DNA of 64,000 nucleotides from Thermoanaerobaculia bacterium (GTDB lineage: Bacteria; Acidobacteriota; Thermoanaerobaculia; UBA5066), in assembly GCA_022071945.1 (NCBI GenBank), contig JAJVIN010000025.1, positions 5,500-69,499 on the forward strand, in the 5' to 3' direction. Positions 29,655 through 39,653 of the stretch are shown here, piece after piece. The notes beneath the pieces were generated by a model. That model saw only the letters and a program-made list of their open reading frames with translations, ran no database searches and was not told the origin of the DNA. Numbering within the stretch: the first letter of the stretch is position 1; each line of letters starts with the position of its first letter. Position numbers and translations under genes: made by a program.

Positions 29655-29972
29655 TCAGCGAACCCCGACCCGGTTCACGGGACCGCCCGCGTTGACAGGA
29701 GCGACGCCGGGACCCGGAGCGACGCCGACTCCCGGTGCTCCGACTCCGACGCCAGGGGCGACTCCCACTCCGGGTGCCCCGACACCGACACCCGGCGTCA
29801 CACCGACTCCTGGCGCCCCGGCGCCCACCGTCGAGCGACGTGCGACGCCCGCGTAACTGACTGGAGTCGCCGGTGCGCCAACCACTGCAAGCGCCACCGG
29901 TGCTCCGCTCAGAACCCAGCCGAACGCAACGAGACCGAGGATTCGAAGAAAACGAGGAGGGGCGAGTGTCAT
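29655..29972 (-). CDS. Small secreted Gly/Val/Pro-repeat protein
   Basis: GGAGG RBS and ATGA overlap with DUF2092; signal peptide; TPVSYAGVARR followed by PGVGV(G)A repeats. Confidence 0.75.
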   Translation of the reverse strand: MTLAPPRFLRILGLVAFGWVLSGAPVALAVVGAPATPVSYAGVARRSTVGAGAPGVGVTPGVGVGAPGVGVAPGVGVGAPGVGVAPGPGVAPVNAGGPVNRVGVR

Positions 29973-30817
29973 TTGCTTCCTCCAAGAGGCAGGCCCTGCG
30001 GGAGTTCGTCCAGATCGATCAGGGCGTCGGACCGCACTTTCTGAGCCCCAGCAGGCGGGACAAACGCGAAGGCTTCCGCCGCGGGCTTGAGATCGGTCTT
30101 CCAGGCCTTGATGCGAACCGTGTACTGGGGCGCGCCAGCAAGGGTCTTGCTCGTGATCACGAACTTGCGGGGCATCGGCCTGGCACCCACCTCGATCCAG
30201 ATCTGCCAGTCGGTGTCGCCGTTGCGAAACGCGAGGTGCTCGCAGTCCACGCCCTCCACCACGCCCCGGCCGATGTGCTTGGATTCCTGGACATCGGCAA
30301 TCAGGACGTCGTAGGGGTTCGACACGAGGAGGTCGCCGCCGGGCATCGCGACCCCGTGACCCGCCCTCAGGGCCGCGATCAGCTGGTCCACGGTCCCCGG
30401 GAGTTCGAACTGCGTGTAGGCGTTGAGGTTCTTTCCGTAGATGTTGGCGGCCTTGCCGTCGAAGATGAGTTCCACGTCCGCGTACCCGCCAACCCGGTGC
30501 GCCCGTAGCTTGTCCGGACGAACGAGAAGGACGGTGCCAGAACTGGTGAACTGGATCTTCTCGAGCTGGGGCGTGATGACTTCGATGTCACTGTCGAAGG
30601 TCAGCTCGAGCGACTTCAGGCCGCTGATGTAGTTCGACATCGACTTGAGGATCGGTTTGGCGTCACTGGGAACCTGGGGGGTCGAGGCGGCCGCCTTGGC
30701 GGGCGTTGCGGGCTGTGCGACGAGCCGTGCTGCCGGGACGATGCCCGCCATGACAAGGGCGCAAGCCCCGAGAACGATGCGCCTGTCGCGGACCCTGTTG
30801 ACGATTCTTGTTTTCAC
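29969..30817 (-). CDS. DUF2092 family periplasmic protein
   Basis: KIQF.SSG....RPDKLR; FDGK; P..DLL; CEHLAFR....DWQIWI..G..P.PRK.VIT; F.F.PP.GA. Start approximate. Confidence 0.88.
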   Translation of the reverse strand: MKTRIVNRVRDRRIVLGACALVMAGIVPAARLVAQPATPAKAAASTPQVPSDAKPILKSMSNYISGLKSLELTFDSDIEVITPQLEKIQFTSSGTVLLVRPDKLRAHRVGGYADVELIFDGKAANIYGKNLNAYTQFELPGTVDQLIAALRAGHGVAMPGGDLLVSNPYDVLIADVQESKHIGRGVVEGVDCEHLAFRNGDTDWQIWIEVGARPMPRKFVITSKTLAGAPQYTVRIKAWKTDLKPAAEAFAFVPPAGAQKVRSDALIDLDELPQGLPLGGSK

Positions 30818-30999
30818 TCTCGGTCTCCCTCCGTTCTCTTCTGGGAACACGGGAAAAGTCGAAGCTCTCATGACATTGGGAAAGCGCCGGCGTTTGCTTC
30901 CACGGTGACCTCGGCAACTCTCCTCGTGAACATGAAGGGTGGCCGGGATTCCGTACGCCTCGGCGACCGGGGTCGCGATCATCCAGACTGCGAATGAGA

Positions 31000-31017
31000 G
31001 ATGTGAAGTGTCACATC
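31000..31017. promoter_or_regulatory. Perfect inverted repeat, candidate transcription-factor site upstream of DUF2092
   Basis: GATGTGA-agtg-TCACATC in a lower-GC intergenic region. Confidence 0.4.
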
Positions 31018-31351
31018 GGACCGGGACAGATTCATTATCCTACCAACGGGCGGCAGCCACCATCCCCGATCTCGCAAGCCCGCGGCCCGCGCCTGAATTC
31101 CGATCAGACGAACTCACAGTTCCCGTCCGAATGGTCGAACCTCCAGGTATTGTCGTCTCTTCGGGCAATTGTCATTGGAGGCGCGGGAGGCTCTTGCTAC
31201 AATTAAGGGTTCTGCGGAAACCGGTCCAGCAAATCGATTTCGCGCCATCCCGGCCGGGCTCCCTGGGCCCGTCCATCTCCTTGCGGAGCTCGTGCCCGAG
31301 ACCGAACCGGCGGGCGGGCGGGCGGGCGGATTCTCCAGGCCCGCTGGCCGG

Positions 31352-32083
31352 TCAGAAGGTGAGAGACGCAGCCACCATCGGTCCCTGGCTCACGACGTCC
31401 CACTTGAAACCGCCGTCTTCCTCGTAGTCTTGGTCCAGGTAGCGATACCCGACAGAGAGAGCGAGGGATTTGGAGGCGTGCCACTTCAGCCGGGCGTCGA
31501 GGTCCCATGTGAAGTCACAACCGACGCCAAAGCCACCCATCATTCCTCTCAGAGTGAAAGAGAACGCCTCCGAAAACGGGGCCGCGACGCGCGCGCCGAA
31601 GATCGGATCGACCCAGCCGGCGGAGACCTTCGTCGTCGACACAACTCCCTGGCTCGTCCTCAGCTCGATCTGCGTGGAGAGCGACGTGTACCGCAGCCCG
31701 CCAACCGCCTCAAAAACGGGGGTGAACCTGTAAGAACCGGTGCCTTCGACGAGCCACTCGTCCACGTCCACCTCGGCGGTGACTCGCCCTCTGTCGCCCG
31801 TTCCCGTTCCGCCCAGCCCCATGTAGATGACGTCCGCCGAGACGGCCCACTTCGGCGCCTCTCCCCGATAGTCGAAGAGAGCACCGAACTGGAGGTTCTC
31901 GAGGACATCCGAAGCGGGAATGTCGATCTCGGTCGTCACCGGGCCGGATCCCGTCGTGCCGGACATCGCCGCGCCCATGAAATACGCCCCCACGGTGTGC
32001 CGGAAACTCGATTGCTGTGCCGGCGCGTCCGGGGCGCAGAGGGCGAGGATCGATGCGGCGAGGAGGGTCAAGCAAGGGCGCAT
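31352..32083 (-). CDS. Outer-membrane beta-barrel protein
   Basis: AAAGGA RBS; signal peptide; alternating beta strands; WVDP..G.R; GGFGVG; GYRYL..DY; terminal Phe. Confidence 0.82.
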   Translation of the reverse strand: MRPCLTLLAASILALCAPDAPAQQSSFRHTVGAYFMGAAMSGTTGSGPVTTEIDIPASDVLENLQFGALFDYRGEAPKWAVSADVIYMGLGGTGTGDRGRVTAEVDVDEWLVEGTGSYRFTPVFEAVGGLRYTSLSTQIELRTSQGVVSTTKVSAGWVDPIFGARVAAPFSEAFSFTLRGMMGGFGVGCDFTWDLDARLKWHASKSLALSVGYRYLDQDYEEDGGFKWDVVSQGPMVAASLTF

Positions 32084-32264
32084 GGCCGGTTTCCTTTCGT
32101 GTTGCGGCTCGACGGCGGTGCCCCTGATCCGTTGAATCGGACTGGAGGCTGAACCGGGCCGATCTTAGCGCGGCGGCCCCGCACCAGACTTCCACCGTTC
32201 CGGGCCGAGGCGCCGATACCTGGATGCCGCGGGAACCGGACCGGACGGCGCAAGGCCGTCGCAG

Positions 32265-33746
32265 TCACCAGGGCTCGCCCTGATCCTCCTGCTCTGCTCT
32301 CCCGGGCGGCGCCGGCTCCCCGAGAGACTGTGGCCGGTCGGGGGGAAGCCTCCACGCGGATTGCCGGGGCGGCCCGGGGCCAGGCGAGACGGCCAGAGGT
32401 CTGGCCGCACGGCCGTACAGCCGGTTCGCCGCGCCGAACCAGGCGAGATTGCCTGCCATCACCAGAATGACGACGATCGCCGCCACGGTCCGCCGGACCC
32501 CGGCACGCACCACCAGGAAGTCTGCGACAGCGAACGAAAGCCACGGGTACCAGCCCCACAGGTACCAGCCTCCGACGCCACCCCACGTGCCCCAGTATGC
32601 TCGGTGGGAGAGAAACCAGTACGTCGTACTCCCCAGAGCGAGGCCCGCGGCCAGGATGTGGCCTCCCGCCCGATCGGCCGGCCAAACGGGCTTGACGGCG
32701 GGAACGAGACAGATCGTGCCGATCAGGGCAGCTGCCAGTAGCCAGTGTGGCGGCCGAAAGAAGCTCCACTCGCCCAGCCAGAAGGCAGTCTTGATAAAGG
32801 TAAGGGCGCTATGGAGCATCCCTGCAGCCATCTCTGGAAAAAGTCCACTCAAGGGGGCTCGCAGGCCGTTCAGTTCGACGGTTCCGCCCCACCGGTAGCC
32901 CCGGAGCGCCTGGATGGGCAAGAACAACAGAGAGAAGCTGCCGAGTGCCAAGGCCGACCTCCAGTCGCTCTTGCGCCAGATCTTGACCACTAGAAGCACT
33001 GAGAGCGGCAGACAAGTCAGCTTGATGAAAGGCCCAAGAGCCGCTAGCGCGGTCAAGAGTGGCCGGCCCGACTCCCGTCTTACGGCCCAGACCGCCACCG
33101 CGGCGAAGGCGAACACGCCCGCGTCGTTGGCGCATCGAGCCAGCGACTCTGGCGCGCCCGGCACCAGGAGGAGGAAGAGGGCGAGGCCTTTTTGGTAGCC
33201 GCTCCACTCTGCGGTCGCGACCCTCATCGGAAAGGCGATGGAGGCCGCGACCAAGAACACGGAATAGAGGCGCATCAGGAGAAGCTGCATGAAGGGGTTG
33301 CTCGCGGCATCTGCACAGCCTAGAGCGCCCGCCAGCTTCAGGAGGATCATGCCGGCCATGTAGTAGACCGGCGGCTGGTGGCTTTCGTAGTTCGGCTGTG
33401 AATTCGCAGCCGGTTTCCACCGAGGCGGCCTTAGGATGTTGAACGTCGCGCTCCGGCCCGCGAAGTCAGGGCAGCCGTACGCCCACCCAAGGGCCGGGCA
33501 GCACGGCGCTGCGTGCACCGCGCCGCAGATCTCGGGGCTGATCGAGAGCCCAAGGAGACCTTGGATCATCCCGCCGTCAAGAAAGAGAACCGCACGCGCA
33601 AGATGGGCGGGCTCGTCCGGACCTTCGAACGCCGGAAGGTAGACGGCGTGGAGGATCAAGCGACCCACGACCGCGGCAAAGAGCAACCCGATCACGAAGC
33701 GGTTGCCTCGAGCCGGGTGGATCGTCGCGGATGTAATCACCACCAC
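32265..33746 (-). CDS. Polytopic membrane protein, DUF2142/GT-C glycosyltransferase-like
   Basis: P.FEGPDEPAH after the first TM; HQPP.YY; ND in a mid loop; many TM helices. Confidence 0.65.
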   Translation of the reverse strand: MVVITSATIHPARGNRFVIGLLFAAVVGRLILHAVYLPAFEGPDEPAHLARAVLFLDGGMIQGLLGLSISPEICGAVHAAPCCPALGWAYGCPDFAGRSATFNILRPPRWKPAANSQPNYESHQPPVYYMAGMILLKLAGALGCADAASNPFMQLLLMRLYSVFLVAASIAFPMRVATAEWSGYQKGLALFLLLVPGAPESLARCANDAGVFAFAAVAVWAVRRESGRPLLTALAALGPFIKLTCLPLSVLLVVKIWRKSDWRSALALGSFSLLFLPIQALRGYRWGGTVELNGLRAPLSGLFPEMAAGMLHSALTFIKTAFWLGEWSFFRPPHWLLAAALIGTICLVPAVKPVWPADRAGGHILAAGLALGSTTYWFLSHRAYWGTWGGVGGWYLWGWYPWLSFAVADFLVVRAGVRRTVAAIVVILVMAGNLAWFGAANRLYGRAARPLAVSPGPGPPRQSAWRLPPDRPQSLGEPAPPGRAEQEDQGEPW

Positions 33747-34082
33747 ATTCTCGACCTTGAAGGCCGAAAACCGACAGCGCCACGTGAATCGGCTCCGAAC
33801 GCCTTGACGAGGAACCGCAATACGCTAGATGAACGAGCCGGCGCCCTGACAGGGCTTTCGGCGATCTGACCGCGGTAGGTCTTGACGCCGGTCCCGGAAG
33901 ACGCACCAGGAGGCGCGCCGAGCTGATTGAGACCTGAGTCTTACCTGTCGCCATATCAGCATTCTCTGGCCTGATCTCGTTTGGACCGCGGCAATACTAA
34001 ACAAAGGTTCGTAGTGTCATCTTCATGATAATTACCTGTCCCTGCGCCCACGCCTACGCAGGGTGGAGACGAGAATAGGCCG

Positions 34083-34868
34083 ATGACGAAACGCTTCCAC
34101 GGAAGGACCGCCCTCGTGACCGGCGCTGCATCCGGAATCGGCGCCGCGACCGCCCGCATGCTGGCCTTGGAAGGCGCCGCCGTCTTCTGTGCCGACCGGA
34201 ACCAGCAGGGCACGGAGGCGGTGGTCCACGAGATTCGCGAGAGGCTGGGTTCGGCGGAGACTGCCCTTCTGGACGTGACCGACGAGGCTGGCTGGATCGC
34301 CCTTTTCGCCAGGATCCGAGACTCCCACGGAAGGCTGGATATCCTGGTGAACTCGGCCGGCATCTCGATGGCCGCCGCCACGAGCGACATGGAGTACTCG
34401 AGCTGGCGCCAGGTTCTCGCCGTCAACCTCGACGGCGTCTTTCTCGGGACCAAGCACGCCATCCGCGCGATGCGCGACGGGGGAGGCAGTATCGTGAACG
34501 TCTCCTCCGCCTCCGGCCTCAAGGCGGCACCCGGCGCCGCCGCATACTCGGCCAGCAAGGCCGCCGTCTGCATGTTCGGGAAGGCCGTGGCCAAGGAGTG
34601 CGCCGGCTCGGGAATCCCCATCCGCGTCAACACGGTCTGCCCGGCTGGGGTCAAGACTCCGATGTGGTCCTCGATGCCCTTCTTCAAGGACCTCGTGGCC
34701 AGCCTGGGCTCGGAGGACGCCGCCTACCTGAGTCTCTCGGAATCCGCACCGGGCAGCCGATTCTCCGAGCCGGAGGAGATCGCACGCGCGATCCTCTTCC
34801 TCGCTTCGGACGAGGCGGCCCAGATCACCGGCCTCGACTTGGTCATCGACGGCGGCTACACGCTTTAA
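34083..34868 (+). CDS. Short-chain dehydrogenase/reductase
   Basis: TGAASGIG; NSAG; NVSS; YSASK; IDGG. Confidence 0.95.
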   Translation: MTKRFHGRTALVTGAASGIGAATARMLALEGAAVFCADRNQQGTEAVVHEIRERLGSAETALLDVTDEAGWIALFARIRDSHGRLDILVNSAGISMAAATSDMEYSSWRQVLAVNLDGVFLGTKHAIRAMRDGGGSIVNVSSASGLKAAPGAAAYSASKAAVCMFGKAVAKECAGSGIPIRVNTVCPAGVKTPMWSSMPFFKDLVASLGSEDAAYLSLSESAPGSRFSEPEEIARAILFLASDEAAQITGLDLVIDGGYTL

Positions 34869-35081
34869 CCAAGGGACGCCATGGCCGGCGGCCTGGCGAG
34901 GCGTTCGGCGATCTGTCCGCAATCGACGGCATGCCCGCCAATCAGTCGATCTCCGAGGAGCTCACAGACGAACCGAATAGAAGGACCGCGGTTCGGACGG
35001 ATCGGGAAAGGACGCGCCCGTCGAGATCCAGCGATCGCCACGTGAAGCTGAAAGGGCACCTGGGCTCGAAGGGCTGGACAG

Positions 35082-35954
35082 TCAGAGAGGAGTCCGGCCA
35101 TCCGCGGTCAGGAGCGCGCGGTAGAGGTCCGGACGCCGGTCGCGGAAGAATCCCCACGAGGCCCGGGTCTTCCGGATCTCGGCAAAGTCGACCGTCGCGA
35201 CCGCCACCCCCTCCTCGTTCCGGGAGAGCTCCGCCAGCTTCTCGCCCCGGTGGTCGGTGATGAACGACGATCCGTAGAAGACCTGCCCGTTCTCGTTACC
35301 GATCCGGTTCGCGGCCGCCACGGGAACCACGTTTGAAACCGAGTGCCCGATCATCGCCCGCTGCCATCTGTCCCGCGTGTCGACTCCGGGCGCCTCGGGC
35401 TCTGACCCGATCGCCGTCGGGTAGAGCAGGAACTCGGCCCCCTTCAGCATCAGAATCCGTGCGCACTCCGGATACCACTGGTCCCAGCAAATGGCCGCCC
35501 CGGCCTTCCCCGCTTTCGTGTCGAAGACCATGAAGCCCGTGTCCCCGGGCCGAAAGTAGAACTTCTCCTCGTAGCCGGGTCCGTCCGGGATGTGGCTCTT
35601 CCGGTAGATGCCGAGGATCGCGCCGTCCGCATCCACCATCGCGAGGCTGTTGTAGTAGGAGTGCCCAGCTTTCTCGAAGAACGAGACGGGGATCACGACC
35701 CCGAGCTCGCGCGCCACGTTCTGAAAGCGGCCGATGGTCGGGTGGCCCTCCGCCTCTCTCGCCCACTCGAAGAACTCGTCCTTCTCCTCGCGGCAGAAGT
35801 AGGGTCCCTCGAAGAGCTCGGGAGGCAGGACGAGACGGGCGCCACGGCGGACCGCCTCGCGAACGAGCCGCTCGACTCTCGACACGTTCGTCTCGAGATC
35901 GTCGCCAAGCGCGCACTGGATAACCCCGATCGTCAGCGTGTTCCCCATCGTCAT
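35082..35954 (-). CDS. aguB: N-carbamoylputrescine amidase
   Basis: PELF.GPYFC; YRKSHIPDGPGYEEKFYF; ICWDQWYPE; YPTAIGSEP; immediately downstream of agmatine deiminase. Confidence 0.95.
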   Translation of the reverse strand: MTMGNTLTIGVIQCALGDDLETNVSRVERLVREAVRRGARLVLPPELFEGPYFCREEKDEFFEWAREAEGHPTIGRFQNVARELGVVIPVSFFEKAGHSYYNSLAMVDADGAILGIYRKSHIPDGPGYEEKFYFRPGDTGFMVFDTKAGKAGAAICWDQWYPECARILMLKGAEFLLYPTAIGSEPEAPGVDTRDRWQRAMIGHSVSNVVPVAAANRIGNENGQVFYGSSFITDHRGEKLAELSRNEEGVAVATVDFAEIRKTRASWGFFRDRRPDLYRALLTADGRTPL

Positions 35955-37021
35955 CACCCCTTCGCCCTGGCGGGCTGCTGCTGGCTGATGCAGTGAAACG
36001 CCCCGCCGCCTGTCAGGACATCCTTCGCGTACACCCCGACTGTCCGGCGAGCCGGGAAGAGCTTCGCGATCGTCTGGACAGCCCTGTCGTCGTTGTTCGA
36101 CCCGTACACCGGAACGGTCACCGTCGTGTTGGCGATGTAGAAGTTGACATAGCTCGCCGGCATGAGCTCGCCTTCCTCGTCGAGGATCTCGCCAGGAGAA
36201 GGAACGGTCACGACCGAGAGGCGCCGGCCGGACGCATCCCGCATCTCCGAGAGGTCGCGGATGATGGTCTCCAGGGCATCCCGGTTGGGGTCGCCCGGCA
36301 CCGGTTCCATGCAGACCACCACCCCCGGCGCCACGAACCTCGCCACGGTGTCGATGTGGCCATCGGTGTGATCGTTCAAGAGCCCGTCCCCGAGCCAGAG
36401 GACCTTCTCGGCGCCCAGCGCCTCGAGAAGGCCGGCCTCGATCTCCTCCCGAGAGAGGCCGGGATTCCGGTTGGGGTTCAAAAGGCACTGCCTCGTCGTG
36501 AGGATCGTCCCCTCTCCGTCTGGTTCGACCGAGCCGCCCTCGAGCACCCAGGGGAAGGCAAACCCGGGCAGCCCGGACGCCTCCGCGATGGCGGCCGAGA
36601 CCGCGTCATCGCCGGGGAGGCTCCACTTTCCGCCCCAGCCGTTGAAGCCAAACGAGACGGGTGACACGCCCCCGGGTGAACGGACGAAGACGGGGGCGGT
36701 GTCTCTGAGCCAGATGTCACCGAAGGGGATCGTGTGGAACCGGCACGGAAGGCCCGCGAGGCGCTGCCGCGCCTCGGCCTCTCGAGCGTCGCCGGGCACC
36801 AGGATCTCGAGCCTCTCGCCGTCAGGCGAGCCGCCCAGCGAATCGATACCGGCAATGTTCCTGGCGAAGGTCACGAAAGCTTCTTGAACGGGCGCCAGGG
36901 ACTCTCGCCAGAGCTCCACGTGGCTGGGCCAGGCGAGCCAGCAAGCGTCGTGCGGCTCCCACTCGGCGGGCTGGCGAAGATCAGGATTTCGGTTCTGTCG
37001 CAAGATGCCGGGTCCGGACAT
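35954..37021 (-). CDS. aguA: Agmatine deiminase
   Basis: PAEWEPH; WLRD; FNGWG; EGG; DHTDGHID; SYVNF; GGGAFHCISQQQP. Confidence 0.95.
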   Translation of the reverse strand: MSGPGILRQNRNPDLRQPAEWEPHDACWLAWPSHVELWRESLAPVQEAFVTFARNIAGIDSLGGSPDGERLEILVPGDAREAEARQRLAGLPCRFHTIPFGDIWLRDTAPVFVRSPGGVSPVSFGFNGWGGKWSLPGDDAVSAAIAEASGLPGFAFPWVLEGGSVEPDGEGTILTTRQCLLNPNRNPGLSREEIEAGLLEALGAEKVLWLGDGLLNDHTDGHIDTVARFVAPGVVVCMEPVPGDPNRDALETIIRDLSEMRDASGRRLSVVTVPSPGEILDEEGELMPASYVNFYIANTTVTVPVYGSNNDDRAVQTIAKLFPARRTVGVYAKDVLTGGGAFHCISQQQPARAKG

Positions 37022-37046
37022 GAGCCGGATCATAAAGGCCCTCTTC

Positions 37047-38321
37047 TCAGCCCGGAGGCAGCTTCATCTCGGGCACGAGGCAATACTCGGCCGAACCGAG
37101 CCCGGCCGAGAAGCCGGTCGCCCACGCCCACTGGAAATTGAATCCGCCGATCGGCCCGAACGCGTCGAGGATCTCTCCGGCGAAGAAAAGACCGGGAGAG
37201 AGCCGGCTCTCCCCCGTCGCGGGCTCGATCTCCTCGAGGGAGACACCTCCGCCCGTGACTTCCGCCGTCCGGTAGCCCTCCGTGGCCTGGACCGGCAGCG
37301 AGAACTCCTCGAGCGCCAGGAGGAGATTCCGGCGCTTTTCTCTCGTGAGCTGGGAGAGGCTGACGTCCTCGACGGAAGCGGTCTGCATCAGAAGCGAGAC
37401 CAGCCGGTCCGGAAAGTGCCGTTCGAGAAGCCGGCTCACCTGGCCGGGTCCCGGATTGAGGAGGGTGTTCCAATCCACGGCCCCCTCGCCCTGGGAGAGG
37501 AACCGGGCGGTGACCCGAAAGGCCGAGCCCGAGAGCCGAGCCTTCTCCAACACGTGGGAGATGTTCAGAACCGATGGACCGCTGTATCCGCGATGGGTGA
37601 AGAGAAAGCCCCCGGTCGACTGCGCCTCCGCCCCGACCGTCCTGGCCTGCAGACGCGCCGTCAGGCTGAGCCCGGAGAGATGGGCGTGCGGAGCGGAGGC
37701 CGAGACGAGGGGAACGAGCGCCGGATACGGCGGATGAACGCGGTGGCCGAAGGCAGCGGCCCAGTGGAGACCGGCCCCGTCGACCCCGGCCGGCAAGACA
37801 GAGAACCCTCCCGTGGCGACGACGACGGCACGCGCCGCGACATCCGACCGGTCGAGGCGCAGGCGGAAGGAACCATCGGCGGCCCTCGCGAGATCACGAA
37901 TCCGCGCGACGGTCCGGACCTCGACGCCGCTCTCGGCGACCCGTTCGAGGAGCCTGTCCCTCACGTCCTTGGCCCGGTTCGTCGGGGGAAACAGCTTGGC
38001 GGACTCCCGCTCCTCGCGAAGGACCCCGCCGAGGAGCTCCTCGAAAAACGATCTCTGGGCGGGGAGGCGGAACTGCTCGAGAAAGCGCCTCACGATGTAG
38101 GGCTTCGATTCGGAAACGAAGACCTCGGGAGCCGCCCGCATCGGCAGGATGTTGCAGCGGCCGCCGCCCGAGATCAGGATCTTGCGCCCCGCCTCTCGAA
38201 ACGCCTCGTAGACGGTGATCGGGAACGAGGCCCCCGCCCGGCGCCGGATGTCCGCCGCGCGCAGGGCCGAGACGAGGCCCGCCGCTCCCGCGCCGACGAT
38301 CACGAGGCCCTCCGGATTCAC
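37047..38321 (-). CDS. HI0933/BaiN-family flavoprotein
   Basis: GAGAAG; GRKILISGGGRCN; ATGG; LFTH.G.SGP; VTGGGV; GEILD..G..GGFN.Q.A. Confidence 0.92.
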   Translation of the reverse strand: MNPEGLVIVGAGAAGLVSALRAADIRRRAGASFPITVYEAFREAGRKILISGGGRCNILPMRAAPEVFVSESKPYIVRRFLEQFRLPAQRSFFEELLGGVLREERESAKLFPPTNRAKDVRDRLLERVAESGVEVRTVARIRDLARAADGSFRLRLDRSDVAARAVVVATGGFSVLPAGVDGAGLHWAAAFGHRVHPPYPALVPLVSASAPHAHLSGLSLTARLQARTVGAEAQSTGGFLFTHRGYSGPSVLNISHVLEKARLSGSAFRVTARFLSQGEGAVDWNTLLNPGPGQVSRLLERHFPDRLVSLLMQTASVEDVSLSQLTREKRRNLLLALEEFSLPVQATEGYRTAEVTGGGVSLEEIEPATGESRLSPGLFFAGEILDAFGPIGGFNFQWAWATGFSAGLGSAEYCLVPEMKLPPG

Positions 38322-38419
38322 GCCGGCAACGATACGGCGAAACCGGGCCCGAAAGGCGTACTATCGGGGGTTACATCCCGCAGAATGAGAAGGTGCGGAG
38401 TTCAACCCCAGGAGATGCA

Positions 38420-39637
38420 ATGGCATCACAACCCGTAGAGGCCCCTTCCCACCCCACCCTCAGACCCGCCGCGGTGTTCGGATTCGCGCTCGTGCACGTC
38501 GCGGCCCTCGGTGTCTTTTTGGCCGGGTTCTCGTGGAAGGGCGTCCTGCTCTGCGTCGCTTCGTACTACGTGAGAATGTTCGCCATCACCGCGGGCTTCC
38601 ACCGCTACTTCGCGCACCGGACCTACAAGCTCGGCCGCATTCCCCAGTTTCTCCTGGCCTTCCTCGGTCAGACCGCGGCCCAGAAGGGCGTCCTCTGGTG
38701 GGCCTCCCTCCACCGCCACCACCACAGGTATTCCGATCAGCCCGAGGACATCCACAGCCCCATCCAGAGAGGCTTCTGGTGGAGTCACATGGGGTGGATC
38801 CTCGCGAAGGACTACGAAGAAACCGACCTGTCTCGAGTTCAGGACCTCGCGAAATTCAGAGAGCTCGTCTGGCTCGACCGGAATCAGTTCCTGGCCACGT
38901 TCGTCTACGCGCTCGGCTTCTACTTCGCCTTCGGCGCCACCGGACTCTTCTGGGGCTACTTTCTCTCCACCGTCCTCCTGTGGCACGGCACCTTCACGAT
39001 CAACAGCGTGATGCACGTGTTCGGACGCCGCATCTGGAAGACTCCGGACCAGAGCCGGAACAGCTTCATCTTCGCGCTCGTCACGATGGGCGAGGGCTGG
39101 CACAACAATCACCACCACTACCCGGGTTCCGCGTCGCAGGGCTTCCTCTGGTGGGAGTTCGACGCCACCTACTACCTCCTCTGGCTCGGCGAGAAGATCG
39201 GCTTCGTGAAGGGGCTGCGCCGGGTTCCCGAGAACATCCGGGAGATGGCCCGGTTCCTGAACTCCAGGAAGGCCCGGATCTCCGCCGCGGTGTCCAACGC
39301 CTTCGAATCCGCCTCCGGCCTCATGAACAACCGGATGGACGCGATGAACGAGCGAATCGAGAAGCTGACCCAGGAGTGGGCGGGCATGCAGGCCAGCCTG
39401 AAGCAGGCCGTCATTCAGAAACGCTCGGACCTGGAGCTCTCGTACGAGCGAGCGGCCCTCCGCCTGCAGGAGCTCCAGGCCGATTACCAGGCCGCGATGA
39501 CGCGGGCCGGAGAAGCCGCGGGAAAGCGTATCGACGAGATCACAGCCGAGATGGAACGAACCCGTCTGCAACTCCTCGAGTCGCTCGAGGCCCTGGTCGC
39601 CGCCGCCCACAGCCTGGCGGAGCCTTCACCCGCCTGA
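38420..39637 (+). CDS. Delta-9-type acyl-CoA/acyl-lipid desaturase with C-terminal coiled-coil extension
   Basis: His boxes HRYFAH, HRHHH and GEGWHNNHH. Confidence 0.92.
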   Translation: MASQPVEAPSHPTLRPAAVFGFALVHVAALGVFLAGFSWKGVLLCVASYYVRMFAITAGFHRYFAHRTYKLGRIPQFLLAFLGQTAAQKGVLWWASLHRHHHRYSDQPEDIHSPIQRGFWWSHMGWILAKDYEETDLSRVQDLAKFRELVWLDRNQFLATFVYALGFYFAFGATGLFWGYFLSTVLLWHGTFTINSVMHVFGRRIWKTPDQSRNSFIFALVTMGEGWHNNHHHYPGSASQGFLWWEFDATYYLLWLGEKIGFVKGLRRVPENIREMARFLNSRKARISAAVSNAFESASGLMNNRMDAMNERIEKLTQEWAGMQASLKQAVIQKRSDLELSYERAALRLQELQADYQAAMTRAGEAAGKRIDEITAEMERTRLQLLESLEALVAAAHSLAEPSPA

Positions 39638-39653
39638 TCCGCAGGAGAAACTC

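Noticed and set aside
29695-29830. Short repeats as a possible CRISPR array or VNTR
   Set aside because: The units are degenerate, in frame and have no unique spacers; they are explained by the Gly/Val/Pro peptide repeat.
35955-36488. Apparent N-terminal extension making aguB 468 aa
   Set aside because: It lies inside aguA in another frame; the nitrilase fold begins at about 35954. The same reasoning applies to the extensions of the kinase (41333), yciH (9847) and holB (53571).
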